Virus record (IMG/VR): IMGVR_UViG_2788499831_000001
Span: 25,131 to 89,130 of that record
Strand: one strand, 5' to 3'
DNA: 64,000 bases
Source of the DNA: a virus
Taxonomy: Duplodnaviria > Caudoviricetes
The first letter of the stretch is position 1, and every line of letters begins with the position of its first letter. The position numbers and the translations under genes were made by a program. The notes under the pieces were generated by a model. The model had not been told where the DNA came from. It was given only the letters and a program-made list of their open reading frames with translations, and did no database searches. Shown one piece after another: positions 1-8,330 of this stretch.

Positions 1-333
1 CTATTCTTCGTTTTTTACATAAAACAATTTCATGTAGAAAAATGCCATTGCAAAAGTAACCAATTCTGCACCAACTTTATAATATTCAGCATGCATCATA
101 TAAATCGCAGCTGCTAACGCTGCAAATACAGGGCCTACTGTGAAAACCATTACTGCCAACCTATTTGTGCATCCATTACGAAGTACAATTGTTATTCCTA
201 CTACAATTAGTAGATTTCCTATATTTCCTATGATTCTAGGCGTGTTCAAGTCATAAATACTTATTCCTAATGATGTTATTGCGCTTGCCCACATTATTGC
301 TAAAATTGTATTCACTAACTTAGGTGAAAACAT
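1..333 (-). CDS. Hypothetical multi-pass membrane protein
   Basis: 110 aa, about 4 hydrophobic segments, RBS-like purines upstream. Confidence 0.7.
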   Translation of the reverse strand: MFSPKLVNTILAIMWASAITSLGISIYDLNTPRIIGNIGNLLIVVGITIVLRNGCTNRLAVMVFTVGPVFAALAAAIYMMHAEYYKVGAELVTFAMAFFYMKLFYVKNEE

Positions 334-361
334 ATTTCCACTTCACTTTCTATTAAAAGGA

Positions 362-712
362 TTATTTTGTTATGTTTTTACCTTCATGAATATTACCGAT
401 TATTTTAAAATTACGACTCAAGCTTTGATACCACTCTGAACCATCTTCATTTGTTGTCAACGCAATAAATTGACATCTCTTTTCATCCCAAACAATTTTA
501 TGTTCATCACCAAAAGGATTCTTAACGATGTCCCCTTCGTAAATTTCACTTCCATGAAAATCCTTTAATCCTGTGTATTGCTGTGGATTTAGACATGTAT
601 ACCAACTATCATCTTCACTATTTAATATCCACCAATTATCGCCATCTTTTGATACACATTCGCTATAAATCCAACTTGATCCATCCCAAGCACGGAATTT
701 AATTTTTCTCAT
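362..712 (-). CDS. YopX family protein
   Basis: IKFRAWD...QYTGLKD..G.EIYEGDIV...IIGNIHE signature. Confidence 0.9.
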   Translation of the reverse strand: MRKIKFRAWDGSSWIYSECVSKDGDNWWILNSEDDSWYTCLNPQQYTGLKDFHGSEIYEGDIVKNPFGDEHKIVWDEKRCQFIALTTNEDGSEWYQSLSRNFKIIGNIHEGKNITK

Positions 713-786
713 TTCCCTCTACCTCCCCTGAATAAAACTCAATATTCCGTCAATACTGTAGACAACCCATTTCTTAACCTGAGCAG

Positions 787-1185
787 TTAGCTTTTGCTAG
801 CTGCTCTTTTGTTTTCTGGATCTTCGAATTTCGCTTTTAATCGTTCGTAATCTCGTCTTTCTTGCTCTTCTTTTCTTTTTTTATATTCTTCTTGTTGTTT
901 CTGTTGTTGTAAGAGCCTTTGATTCTCATACTCTTGAATCTCTTCATGAGATATTATTCCTTTTTCATGCAATGTTTTTCTTAACCAATTATGATTTAAC
1001 ACATATGCTCTTGCGTTGCCTTTGCCGTATACACTGATTTCACTGCTGCCATCATCTTGGAATTGCTCAACTACTAAGATTCCCTTATCTTTTGTAACGA
1101 TTGTAATAGCTTTAGCAAATTGAGCCATGTGTGTAAAAGCTATTTCTTTCCCGTTTAAATCCTCTTCTTTTGAAATAAAGTACAT
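787..1185 (-). CDS. Hypothetical protein with Q/E-rich coiled-coil C-terminus
   Basis: ORF with RBS, phage-like composition. Confidence 0.7.
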   Translation of the reverse strand: MYFISKEEDLNGKEIAFTHMAQFAKAITIVTKDKGILVVEQFQDDGSSEISVYGKGNARAYVLNHNWLRKTLHEKGIISHEEIQEYENQRLLQQQKQQEEYKKRKEEQERRDYERLKAKFEDPENKRAASKS

Positions 1186-1222
1186 TTAGCATCTTCCTTT
1201 TCTACAAAATGAAATTTTTATA

Positions 1223-1417
1223 CTAATCTTCCTCAAGAACCGTAACAGTTAAGTAATTCCTAGCTCTCTTTCGCTTTGCTAACTTCCTCTGATAAGCTGG
1301 CGTTGTGTAATAACGAACTGTTGCAGGAAGTACGCCCATATGTTGAGCGCATTCCTTTGCAGTTCCAATACATACGAATGATTCACCTTTATAAACGACG
1401 TACTCCTTTAAGTTCAT
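1223..1417 (-). CDS. Small hypothetical protein, possible HTH/NUMOD1-like DNA binder
   Basis: GTAKECAQHMGV...TVRYY helix-turn-helix-like pattern. Confidence 0.6.
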   Translation of the reverse strand: MNLKEYVVYKGESFVCIGTAKECAQHMGVLPATVRYYTTPAYQRKLAKRKRARNYLTVTVLEED

Positions 1418-1458
1418 TTCTCATTCCCCTTGTCTACAAAATGAAGTTTTTGTTTGAA

Positions 1459-2175
1459 TTACCCTTGATACTTTTTAAATAACTCGGCCATTGACATATT
1501 GTTGTATTTCGCCAAGTCCTTCGTTACGGCACATACATTACGGAAAGCTGTACAACCCACTCCAACATCAAGGTATTCTAGTAGATCCACATACCAATCA
1601 TTTCGATATGTTTCTTCATCATCGTTTACTGTTTCTACCCAGCATACTAATTCTTGGTGGTTGACTTCAGCTTTGTCGGTAGGGATCGGTTGATTACTTC
1701 CTGTATCCCAGCGCCATCCACCATTTTTCCAATGACCATCATCTAAATCTCTGTTATCCGCATCATCACTTAGTTTTTTGAAATCATCATCTGAAACTTC
1801 ATATACCTGGTACGATGTAGTTTCATCACCATATGTTCTCGTTGCATAAACCCCTAATCTTTTTAAATCTTCAGTTATGTTCCCCTGCACTAAGATTTCT
1901 TCTACCTTAATAATTTCATAAGCTTTGCAAATCCAAGGATCTTCATCATCTTCCACATCATTTGCTAAGAATATTTCCACCTTTACTTCTAGACCGTTCT
2001 CCATAATTGCAATGCACTCATAATAATCATCTAAAAACTGTTCCTTCTCATCCCTTGTATCTACTAAAGACCCCCACTCATCCGGGAAACTATCAAAGAA
2101 ATGTTCTATAGCCCCTCCTAACTGTAAGTAATCACCATACGTATTTTCATAAACTAATTTTTCTTCCATTTTCAT
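1459..2175 (-). CDS. Acidic two-domain hypothetical protein
   Basis: N-terminal domain (YENTYGDYL..GAIEHFFDSFPDEWG) is paralogous to the ORF at 2555-2980. Confidence 0.75.
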   Translation of the reverse strand: MKMEEKLVYENTYGDYLQLGGAIEHFFDSFPDEWGSLVDTRDEKEQFLDDYYECIAIMENGLEVKVEIFLANDVEDDEDPWICKAYEIIKVEEILVQGNITEDLKRLGVYATRTYGDETTSYQVYEVSDDDFKKLSDDADNRDLDDGHWKNGGWRWDTGSNQPIPTDKAEVNHQELVCWVETVNDDEETYRNDWYVDLLEYLDVGVGCTAFRNVCAVTKDLAKYNNMSMAELFKKYQG

Positions 2176-2211
2176 TCTCCTTTTCTAATAAAATAGCGTT
2201 TTTATAACAAA

Positions 2212-2517
2212 TTACTTGTCTTTGTATTCCATCTCCACAAAATCAGCTAATTCAATTTTTTTCTGTACTTCTTCTTCCAAATAGTGAAATACCGCTTCTT
2301 CTCCACCTTGTTCTCTAACATAGGAAATCCATTGTTTCTGTGAATCATCTAATTCGAGTTTTATTGTTGCTTTAACAATCATTGTGTTTTCACTCCGATC
2401 CATAGATTTTGTTTGTTTTTTCGAATCACCTGTACCGTTGCAAAATAGACAAGGTAATTCGTTACCTTTGAAATCAATTGCATATCCTTCTCCGTTGCAT
2501 AATGAACATGCATCCAT
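2212..2517 (-). CDS. Hypothetical protein with DnaJ-type Zn-finger repeats
   Basis: CSLCNGEG and CLFCNGTG motifs; likely start MDACS at 2517 with RBS gaggtg. Confidence 0.7.
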   Translation of the reverse strand: MDACSLCNGEGYAIDFKGNELPCLFCNGTGDSKKQTKSMDRSENTMIVKATIKLELDDSQKQWISYVREQGGEEAVFHYLEEEVQKKIELADFVEMEYKDK

Positions 2518-2554
2518 AAAATTCACCTCACTTCCATACAAGATAACGATTTTG

Positions 2555-2980
2555 TTAAGAAATTTTATACGCCTTGCAAACCCATGATTCATCTTCTTTA
2601 TCCTCTGCATCATCATCAAAACTGATTTCTATTTTTAATTTCAGTCCATTTTCCATAACAATGATACTTTCATGCGACTTATCAAGATAACTAGTTTCTC
2701 CATCATAATCATCTATCATCTGTCCCCACTCCTCAGGGAAACTATCATAAAAATGTTCTACTGCACCTTCTATATTCAGATAATTACCAAAAGAATTTTC
2801 ATAAATCAAATTTTCTTCCTTTTTACGATTCTTATTCCCCGATAAAGCAAACGCATAACGTTCTATTGATAGAGTGCGAACAGCTCCTTCCTCCGTTAAA
2901 GAAATCTCAATTCTCTTTATACCTTCTTCCTTTTGTTTTTCCTTATTAACCTGTACATCTTGACCATTAAACTTAATCAT
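2555..2980 (-). CDS. Acidic hypothetical protein, paralog of the 1459-2175 N-domain
   Basis: YENSFGNYL..GAVEHFYDSFPEEWG...VMENGL...WVCKAY. Confidence 0.7.
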   Translation of the reverse strand: MIKFNGQDVQVNKEKQKEEGIKRIEISLTEEGAVRTLSIERYAFALSGNKNRKKEENLIYENSFGNYLNIEGAVEHFYDSFPEEWGQMIDDYDGETSYLDKSHESIIVMENGLKLKIEISFDDDAEDKEDESWVCKAYKIS

Positions 2981-3016
2981 TCTTCATTCTCCCTTTCTCC
3001 AAATAAAGATTTTGTT

Positions 3017-3202
3017 CTATTTCACTTCATGGATAATAACTAGTACTCTACCTTCCATGTTTTCGCTCCAAGAGTACACGCAACCCGTTTCCTCTAATAC
3101 CGCTTCTAAACGTGGCAATACTTCTTGTACATCCTCTTTCTCAATAATCGCTTTTCCTTTACCCTCTAGTAACTCATCTAAATATTTCTTTAATTTATTC
3201 AT
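3017..3202 (-). CDS. Small hypothetical protein
   Basis: RBS ggaggt; bounded by junction motifs. Confidence 0.7.
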   Translation of the reverse strand: MNKLKKYLDELLEGKGKAIIEKEDVQEVLPRLEAVLEETGCVYSWSENMEGRVLVIIHEVK

Positions 3203-3312
3203 GTTTACTTACCTCCATTTTTTAAAATAAGGATTTTTTTAAATTTATTCACACATAAGTATTAAACTGTTATACTTAACAAACCTGATTAGAAATGATA
3301 CATTCTATGGAA

Positions 3313-3340
3313 AGCCCTAGTCCTCTAGGGCTCTTTTTTT
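3313..3340 (+). terminator. Intrinsic terminator in a non-coding unit
   Basis: agccctag-tcct-ctagggct followed by a T tract. Confidence 0.75.
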
Positions 3341-3516
3341 ATTCAAATAAGAATTTTGTTTAAAAATTCATTAACCTTATTGATTTCTTTGCATACATTA
3401 CAATCACAAGGAATTCTACAGGTTTCCCTAGTCCAGTTACCTTGTATTCCTTGCACACCTTAAGGGAAGAATCAGTTTATAACAAACGGGTTCTATTATT
3501 TTGGGTTATAAAATAA

Positions 3517-4041
3517 CTATTTTGTACTAATTGACTCCCAATCAAATGTTTCTAATATATTCAACAATCGTTCCACTTTTGGTGCTCTCCATGCCGTCAT
3601 AGCGTATGTATGAGCTTTTGAAGTGTAATGATAATTATTTAGTTCAAGGTGACGTTTCGCTTCTTCTTTCGTTAGAAACATAGTGTCAGGCACAATAAAA
3701 TCCTCTTCTTTTACAAACACCGTGTCATAGTATCCACATTCGTTCATATTGTTCTCTACATACTCCCATAACTCATCGAAGTTCTCACTTTCATCATTGA
3801 TAAGATTTTGTAATTCTTCATCTTCTTCAATATCCTCTTCAAAATATTCTTCCAAGAACTCCTTTAAGTCACTAAATTTAGAGAATTTAACATGATCACC
3901 ATCGTTAAAGAAACGCTCCTCGTTTCCTGGAACAGATCGATAATCCTTGATTACCCAAAACCGTGGTGATGCGTTCCCATCAGTTTCTTGTGTTTTTAAC
4001 TCCTGCTGCAGTTCCTTTAAAAATTGAATATCCTTGTTCAT
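3517..4041 (-). CDS. Acidic hypothetical phage protein
   Basis: 174-aa ORF with RBS. Confidence 0.75.
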   Translation of the reverse strand: MNKDIQFLKELQQELKTQETDGNASPRFWVIKDYRSVPGNEERFFNDGDHVKFSKFSDLKEFLEEYFEEDIEEDEELQNLINDESENFDELWEYVENNMNECGYYDTVFVKEEDFIVPDTMFLTKEEAKRHLELNNYHYTSKAHTYAMTAWRAPKVERLLNILETFDWESISTK

Positions 4042-4080
4042 TTCCCATTTCCCCCTTTTGTAATCAAATAACGCTTTTGT

Positions 4081-4368
4081 TTAGTTTTCTATCAATCCAA
4101 CCACGATACACGGAATGCTCTTATCTTCTTTTTCCTCATAAATTTCTTCCAATGTTTTATAAACAGGAAACCCAATACATTCCCATTCAATTTCTTCCTT
4201 ACGATCTATTGTTTCAACACTAATTTCTTCTATTTCGTTACCTTCCTTCTGATAATCCATAACAAGATATCCAACCGCTTCATATTTACTATTGGCTGCA
4301 ATAACTTTCATAGTAGTCCAAATACCTTCTGAAGTTACTTTGTAAAATTCCATTTTCTTTTCCCTCAT
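4081..4368 (-). CDS. Hypothetical phage protein
   Basis: ORF bounded by junction motifs. Confidence 0.7.
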   Translation of the reverse strand: MREKKMEFYKVTSEGIWTTMKVIAANSKYEAVGYLVMDYQKEGNEIEEISVETIDRKEEIEWECIGFPVYKTLEEIYEEKEDKSIPCIVVGLIEN

Positions 4369-4393
4369 TTCTTTACAAAATTCAAATTAGGTC

Positions 4394-4726
4394 TTACTTC
4401 ACATCAACACGTTTCTTACTGTCTTCCTCACTAAATCCGTTCGGGAATCGCTTCATTAACTTATGAATGTTCTTCTCTGCAATCTCATTTAAATCAAGAT
4501 GGTGAGTTTCTGCTAATGCCGCCAAGTACCAAAGTACATCACCTAACTCCTTCTCAACCTCGTCCTCATTTAAATTGTGGCCATGATATACCGCCTTCTT
4601 AATATGGTCCGTAACTTCACCAGCTTCCCCACACAAACCCATAGCGTAGTTTGTAGCATCCTGCTCATACGTTCTTCCTGTTGCAAATGTTCTTGTAACT
4701 GCTGTTTGATATTCTTTAAAATTCAT
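4394..4726 (-). CDS. MazG-like NTP pyrophosphohydrolase
   Basis: GLCGEAGEV..HIKK...EKELGDVLWY signature. Confidence 0.9.
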   Translation of the reverse strand: MNFKEYQTAVTRTFATGRTYEQDATNYAMGLCGEAGEVTDHIKKAVYHGHNLNEDEVEKELGDVLWYLAALAETHHLDLNEIAEKNIHKLMKRFPNGFSEEDSKKRVDVK

Positions 4727-4739
4727 TCCATTCCGCTCC

Positions 4740-4949
4740 TTATAAGTAACTTTTCAATTTCTCTTTCTGTTTCTTCAACACTTCCAAGGAAAGCTTTGTC
4801 TTCCGCTTCTCGCTATCCAATCCAACCAAGTGGTATTCCATCTTACGAATCTCGCTTTCTACTACTGCGAGTTCACTATTCACCTGAATCTTAGTTGATT
4901 CTTTCATCTGAATTTCACCCTCCTTGGATGAATCCAAATTTCTTTCCAA
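4740..4949 (-). CDS. Small coiled-coil hypothetical protein
   Basis: Heptad pattern; likely start MKESTK. Confidence 0.6.
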   Translation of the reverse strand: MERNLDSSKEGEIQMKESTKIQVNSELAVVESEIRKMEYHLVGLDSEKRKTKLSLEVLKKQKEKLKSYL

Positions 4950-5161
4950 CCAGACTTACCGTACTCGCCAATTGTGATATACGACTCAATGTATTTTTCA
5001 TGTTCCCAAACGAAATCACGATGCCATTTGAACGTTTTATCTATGCACCCGAAATTCTTTTCGGCTTCAACGTATTGTTTAACTGTCATATTTTCTTCGT
5101 TTTTATATCCAGTTTCTAAACAATCTAATTTGAATAATTGTTTCCTTCTTGAATATCTCAT
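4904..5161 (-). CDS. Hypothetical protein
   Basis: ORF with RBS ggaggt. Confidence 0.6.
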   Translation of the reverse strand: MRYSRRKQLFKLDCLETGYKNEENMTVKQYVEAEKNFGCIDKTFKWHRDFVWEHEKYIESYITIGEYGKSGWKEIWIHPRRVKFR

Positions 5162-5173
5162 CCATAAAACCTC

Positions 5174-5431
5174 CTACAGTCCTAATTCCTCCATAATCTT
5201 GCCAATGTTCTCATCAAACCCTCGATAAATATTGCTGTTTATTACAAAAGTGGGTAATGTCGAACTAGCATATTTAAGTGTTAGTTCCTGACGCAAATCA
5301 TCGTCTTTATCAATATTTCTTTCTTCAATATCAACCTCAACTGGACAACTCTTTAACATCTCCTTAGCCCGTTTGCATCTCGAACAAGATGAACCCGTGT
5401 ACATAATGATCTTAGTTGCCATTCTCTTCAT
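5174..5431 (-). CDS. Glutaredoxin/NrdH-like redoxin
   Basis: CSRC (CxxC) active site; STLPTFV cis-Pro motif. Confidence 0.85.
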   Translation of the reverse strand: MKRMATKIIMYTGSSCSRCKRAKEMLKSCPVEVDIEERNIDKDDDLRQELTLKYASSTLPTFVINSNIYRGFDENIGKIMEELGL

Positions 5432-5503
5432 TCTCCTTTGATTCTGCTAATAATTGAGTTACTTCAAAAACTAAATTTTCTACCATTATTCGCATCCTCC
5501 TAA

Positions 5504-6061
5504 TTAAGAAATATGTTTCCATTTATATCCGTAAGCCGTCTTTCTTTTTCCGTTACAACAAGCTGATATGCTACTAGCTACATTCACTCCTCTTCCTAAC
5601 GACCTAGATGCTTCTCTAACTGATTCGAATGTATCTAACAGTATGTTGTCTAATGAATATTGAGCCACTTTTTTGTTGCAAGTATTTAACCCAGTTTCGA
5701 ATGCATGTTTAACATTTTCTGCTTGTGTTACCCATTCTAGATTTCTTACGTCATTATCATCTCGTACACCATTTTTATGGTTAACAAACGGTTTATTATC
5801 GGGGTTTTCGATAAACGCTTCTGCCACTAATCTGTGTATAGAAAATTTCTTAGATATTGTATCTATTGTAAAAACTGCGTAGGCGTAATGATTTTGCACC
5901 TGAATATGCGTTTTAAGTATCCTTTCTTTTATAATTTGCTTTCTACCGCATCTAACAATTGGTCTATCTAGGCTCAAAACCCGACCTTTATTCGATATTT
6001 TGTAATAACCTTCATATCCTTTTACATCCCTCCATTCTTCGCTATGCTGTGTGTTTTTCAT
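5504..6061 (-). CDS. NUMOD4-HNH homing endonuclease
   Basis: EEWRDVKGYEGYYKISNKGRV; HRLVAEAFI..VNHKNG..DN..NLEW; NUMOD1-like C-terminus. Confidence 0.9.
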   Translation of the reverse strand: MKNTQHSEEWRDVKGYEGYYKISNKGRVLSLDRPIVRCGRKQIIKERILKTHIQVQNHYAYAVFTIDTISKKFSIHRLVAEAFIENPDNKPFVNHKNGVRDDNDVRNLEWVTQAENVKHAFETGLNTCNKKVAQYSLDNILLDTFESVREASRSLGRGVNVASSISACCNGKRKTAYGYKWKHIS

Positions 6062-6252
6062 TGTTCTTCCTCCTTGTATTTAGATAAGATAGTTGTTAAT
6101 GCTATTGCTGTTCCTTCATTCGCAATCCATTGTCCTTTATAAAAACCGGATAACCCCAAATCTTCGTTATCATAAGCCTTGTCCGCTTTCTTTCTGTTTT
6201 CCACTGCTGACAACTGTAACTGTTCGATATACTCTTCAATCGCTTCTCTCAT
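6058..6252 (-). CDS. Hypothetical phage protein
   Basis: Translationally coupled ORF. Confidence 0.65.
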   Translation of the reverse strand: MREAIEEYIEQLQLSAVENRKKADKAYDNEDLGLSGFYKGQWIANEGTAIALTTILSKYKEEEQ

Positions 6253-6668
6253 TACTTCTTACCTCCCTGTAATAACTCTGGATTCTCAAACATATTTCCC
6301 TTTATATGGTTTAAATTCAATTCGCTCCATAATCGCACTGCATCATTTACCTCGTTATCAATCCACCAAACTCCCTCTTCTTGCTTAACTACACCAGTAA
6401 GTCCATGCGATGTTTCTACACGGTGGTCATAAAATTCTTGGTAAACGATGTCACCTTCGTAAATTTCATTTCCGTGTACGTCTTTTAAACCTGTGTATTG
6501 CAACAGTGCAACATCTTTTAATCTCCTTACATAAGTACCGTAACAAATTCCACCTTTAATCATCGCCACTTGTACAACTTCATTAGCAAAATCTATATAT
6601 CCAACGTCATATATTTTTTCTGATACCTTGTCGAAAGCTTTAAACTTAATCTCTCTCATTCTCCCCAT
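6252..6668 (-). CDS. YopX family protein
   Basis: REIKFKAFD...LLQYTGLKD..G.EIYEGDIV...GNMFENPELL. Confidence 0.9.
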   Translation of the reverse strand: MGRMREIKFKAFDKVSEKIYDVGYIDFANEVVQVAMIKGGICYGTYVRRLKDVALLQYTGLKDVHGNEIYEGDIVYQEFYDHRVETSHGLTGVVKQEEGVWWIDNEVNDAVRLWSELNLNHIKGNMFENPELLQGGKK

Positions 6669-6789
6669 CCCCTTTTATCAATTTGAATAACTCCTGCTCA
6701 CTCATTTCATACAACTGACGTCCTGTTTTTTCTTCCTTGTAGATTCCCTTATGTAATAAGACGTCGATGAAAACTTGTTTCCTGTCCAT
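6646..6789 (-). CDS. FbpA (Fur-regulated basic protein)-like small protein, absent from ORF track
   Basis: Manual translation MDRKQVFIDVLLHKGIYKEEKTGRQLYEMSEQEL...; 47 aa. Confidence 0.65.
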   Translation of the reverse strand: MDRKQVFIDVLLHKGIYKEEKTGRQLYEMSEQELFKLIKGDGENERD

Positions 6790-6798
6790 GTTGCCTCC

Positions 6799-7254
6799 CT
6801 AGCTGATTTGTTTCTTCTTTTTCTTCCTAACCGGTTTCGTAGCTGCTACATCCATATCCCACTTCATTACGAGTATTCTTGTTTGCAAAGTACTACCGCA
6901 AATCCCATTTTTTCTAGCCTTGTCAAAGATTTCTTTAGGAATGATACGTTTTTTAGAGTTCAATTTTTCTACAACTTCTTGATAAGTGAGGATTGGTGTC
7001 GTCGCCGCTTCTTCTGGGTCCCACTTATGAACATTTACGCGATTTCTAAAATTCCGATATGAAATCCCGTTTTTTTCCGCTATCTCTACAAACTTCTTAT
7101 ACTTCTTTCGGAATGAAACGTATATTGGCTTTGTAATTGCATCCTCAATCGACCAATTTAATTTATTTACACGTTGGTCTACATTGACCTTTGATATACC
7201 GTTTCTTTCTGCAACCTCGTAATCTTTTTCAGTAGGTACTGGTTTATACTGCAT
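6799..7254 (-). CDS. Repeat-containing putative DNA-binding phage protein
   Basis: Three repeats of A.KNGI....QR.....W..E.A.T.P. Confidence 0.75.
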   Translation of the reverse strand: MQYKPVPTEKDYEVAERNGISKVNVDQRVNKLNWSIEDAITKPIYVSFRKKYKKFVEIAEKNGISYRNFRNRVNVHKWDPEEAATTPILTYQEVVEKLNSKKRIIPKEIFDKARKNGICGSTLQTRILVMKWDMDVAATKPVRKKKKKQIS

Positions 7255-7574
7255 TGTTCTTCCTCCTTACTCTTGACGATATTTCTGCTGCTTCTTTTTT
7301 TGTTAACCGCGGAACAACTGCTGCCTCAAATGGATCCCGACCTTTAGACTGAACGCGTTGACGAAACAATTTATATCCAATCCCGTTTTTCTCCGCTATC
7401 TCTAATTCTTTCTTATACTTTTTTTGCAAATGATTCGTTCACTGGCCTTGTAATAGCTTTTAATATGTTCCAACCTCGTATAATCCGCTGATCTACATTA
7501 CATTTGCTAATACCATTCCTCTTAGCTATTTCATATTGTTCCCAAGTAGGAACTGGAAGGTAATTATTCTCCAT
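7244..7574 (-). pseudogene. Frameshifted paralog of 6799-7254
   Basis: MENNYLPVPTWEQYEIAKRNGIS... stops just after gcAAAAAAAg; the continuation KKYKKELEIAEKNGI is in another frame. Confidence 0.7.
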
Positions 7575-7584
7575 TTTCTCCCTC

Positions 7585-7851
7585 CTAATCTAGCTCCATG
7601 ATTTCTTTAAGCGTTCTATCAGATACATAAATTTTTACAATTTGTATTTTGTAACCGTGCTTACCTTTCGCGGCAGCCTCTGCTTCATTACGATTATTAG
7701 CCTCAAACCAATCAATGCTTTGTCTTTTATCTTTGTAAAAATCAACAGCGTATGTCGTTATGACTGGTGTCTTTGCTAGGAATCGCTCGGCCGTGCTCTT
7801 TGCTTTGTAATCGAAACTTCCCACAACATCCTCTAGTGTTAGTTGTTTCAT
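7585..7851 (-). CDS. Conserved Bacillus phage hypothetical protein
   Basis: MKQLTLEDVVGSFDY N-terminus; coupled ORF. Confidence 0.7.
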   Translation of the reverse strand: MKQLTLEDVVGSFDYKAKSTAERFLAKTPVITTYAVDFYKDKRQSIDWFEANNRNEAEAAAKGKHGYKIQIVKIYVSDRTLKEIMELD

Positions 7852-8135
7852 GCCCCTAACCCCATCGGACGCGACTTGATGATGTTTTTGTCTGCCTGAT
7901 CCATAATCAAAGCGGCAATTTCTAATTGATGTCTTCCCAACTCTTTTGCGATTTCAAGGATTCCTTTGTCTTCCTTCCACATTTCTTGGAATCGAATCAC
8001 TTCGCTTTCATCAAATACCAAGTCCAGTTCTTCTAAAGCGATATACAAATTACGACGCGATTTCTTCATGTACTTCCTCTGCTGCAACGCCATTGTGTAA
8101 TTTTCCTTTTCCAAATCCGTTCCAAGTCTTGGCAT
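7848..8135 (-). CDS. HTH domain protein
   Basis: WKEDKGILEIAKELGRHQLEI HTH pattern. Confidence 0.7.
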   Translation of the reverse strand: MPRLGTDLEKENYTMALQQRKYMKKSRRNLYIALEELDLVFDESEVIRFQEMWKEDKGILEIAKELGRHQLEIAALIMDQADKNIIKSRPMGLGA

Positions 8136-8313
8136 CCCATTTCCCCTCCAGTTGTAATTGATGAATCTCTCTTAGCTCCGCCATAACAGCATGACGCCTT
8201 CTATCCACTTCTTCAGGACTGCGCTTCCCTGCTTCGCAAACACATGACCCAAATTGATACATACCCGTTCCAATGTCGTTCTGAATTACTCCCGTTCCGT
8301 TACATGCACACAT
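8050..8313 (-). CDS. Small Cys-rich (CxCxGxG) phage protein
   Basis: CACNGTG...CVC; directly follows the DnaC gene. Confidence 0.65.
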   Translation of the reverse strand: MCACNGTGVIQNDIGTGMYQFGSCVCEAGKRSPEEVDRRRHAVMAELREIHQLQLEGKWDAKTWNGFGKGKLHNGVAAEEVHEEIAS

Positions 8314-8330
8314 TTCAATTTCCCCCTTAT

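Larger units (their letters stand above)
355..4390. repeat. Dispersed junction motif (A/C)AAA-N6-TTTT between small genes
   Basis: Copies at 355, 1206, 1438, 2190, 2540, 3000, 3224, 3344, 3510 and 4065; variants at 734 and 4377. All lie at gene or unit boundaries. Confidence 0.85.

Noticed and set aside
355-4390. CRISPR array interpretation of the recurring motif
   Set aside because: The repeats are short and degenerate, spacing is 100-800 bp and contains genes, and there are no cas genes.
5466-5479. An additional AAAA-N6-TTTT match
   Set aside because: It lies within a probable 24-aa ORF rather than at a stop/RBS boundary, so it may be chance.
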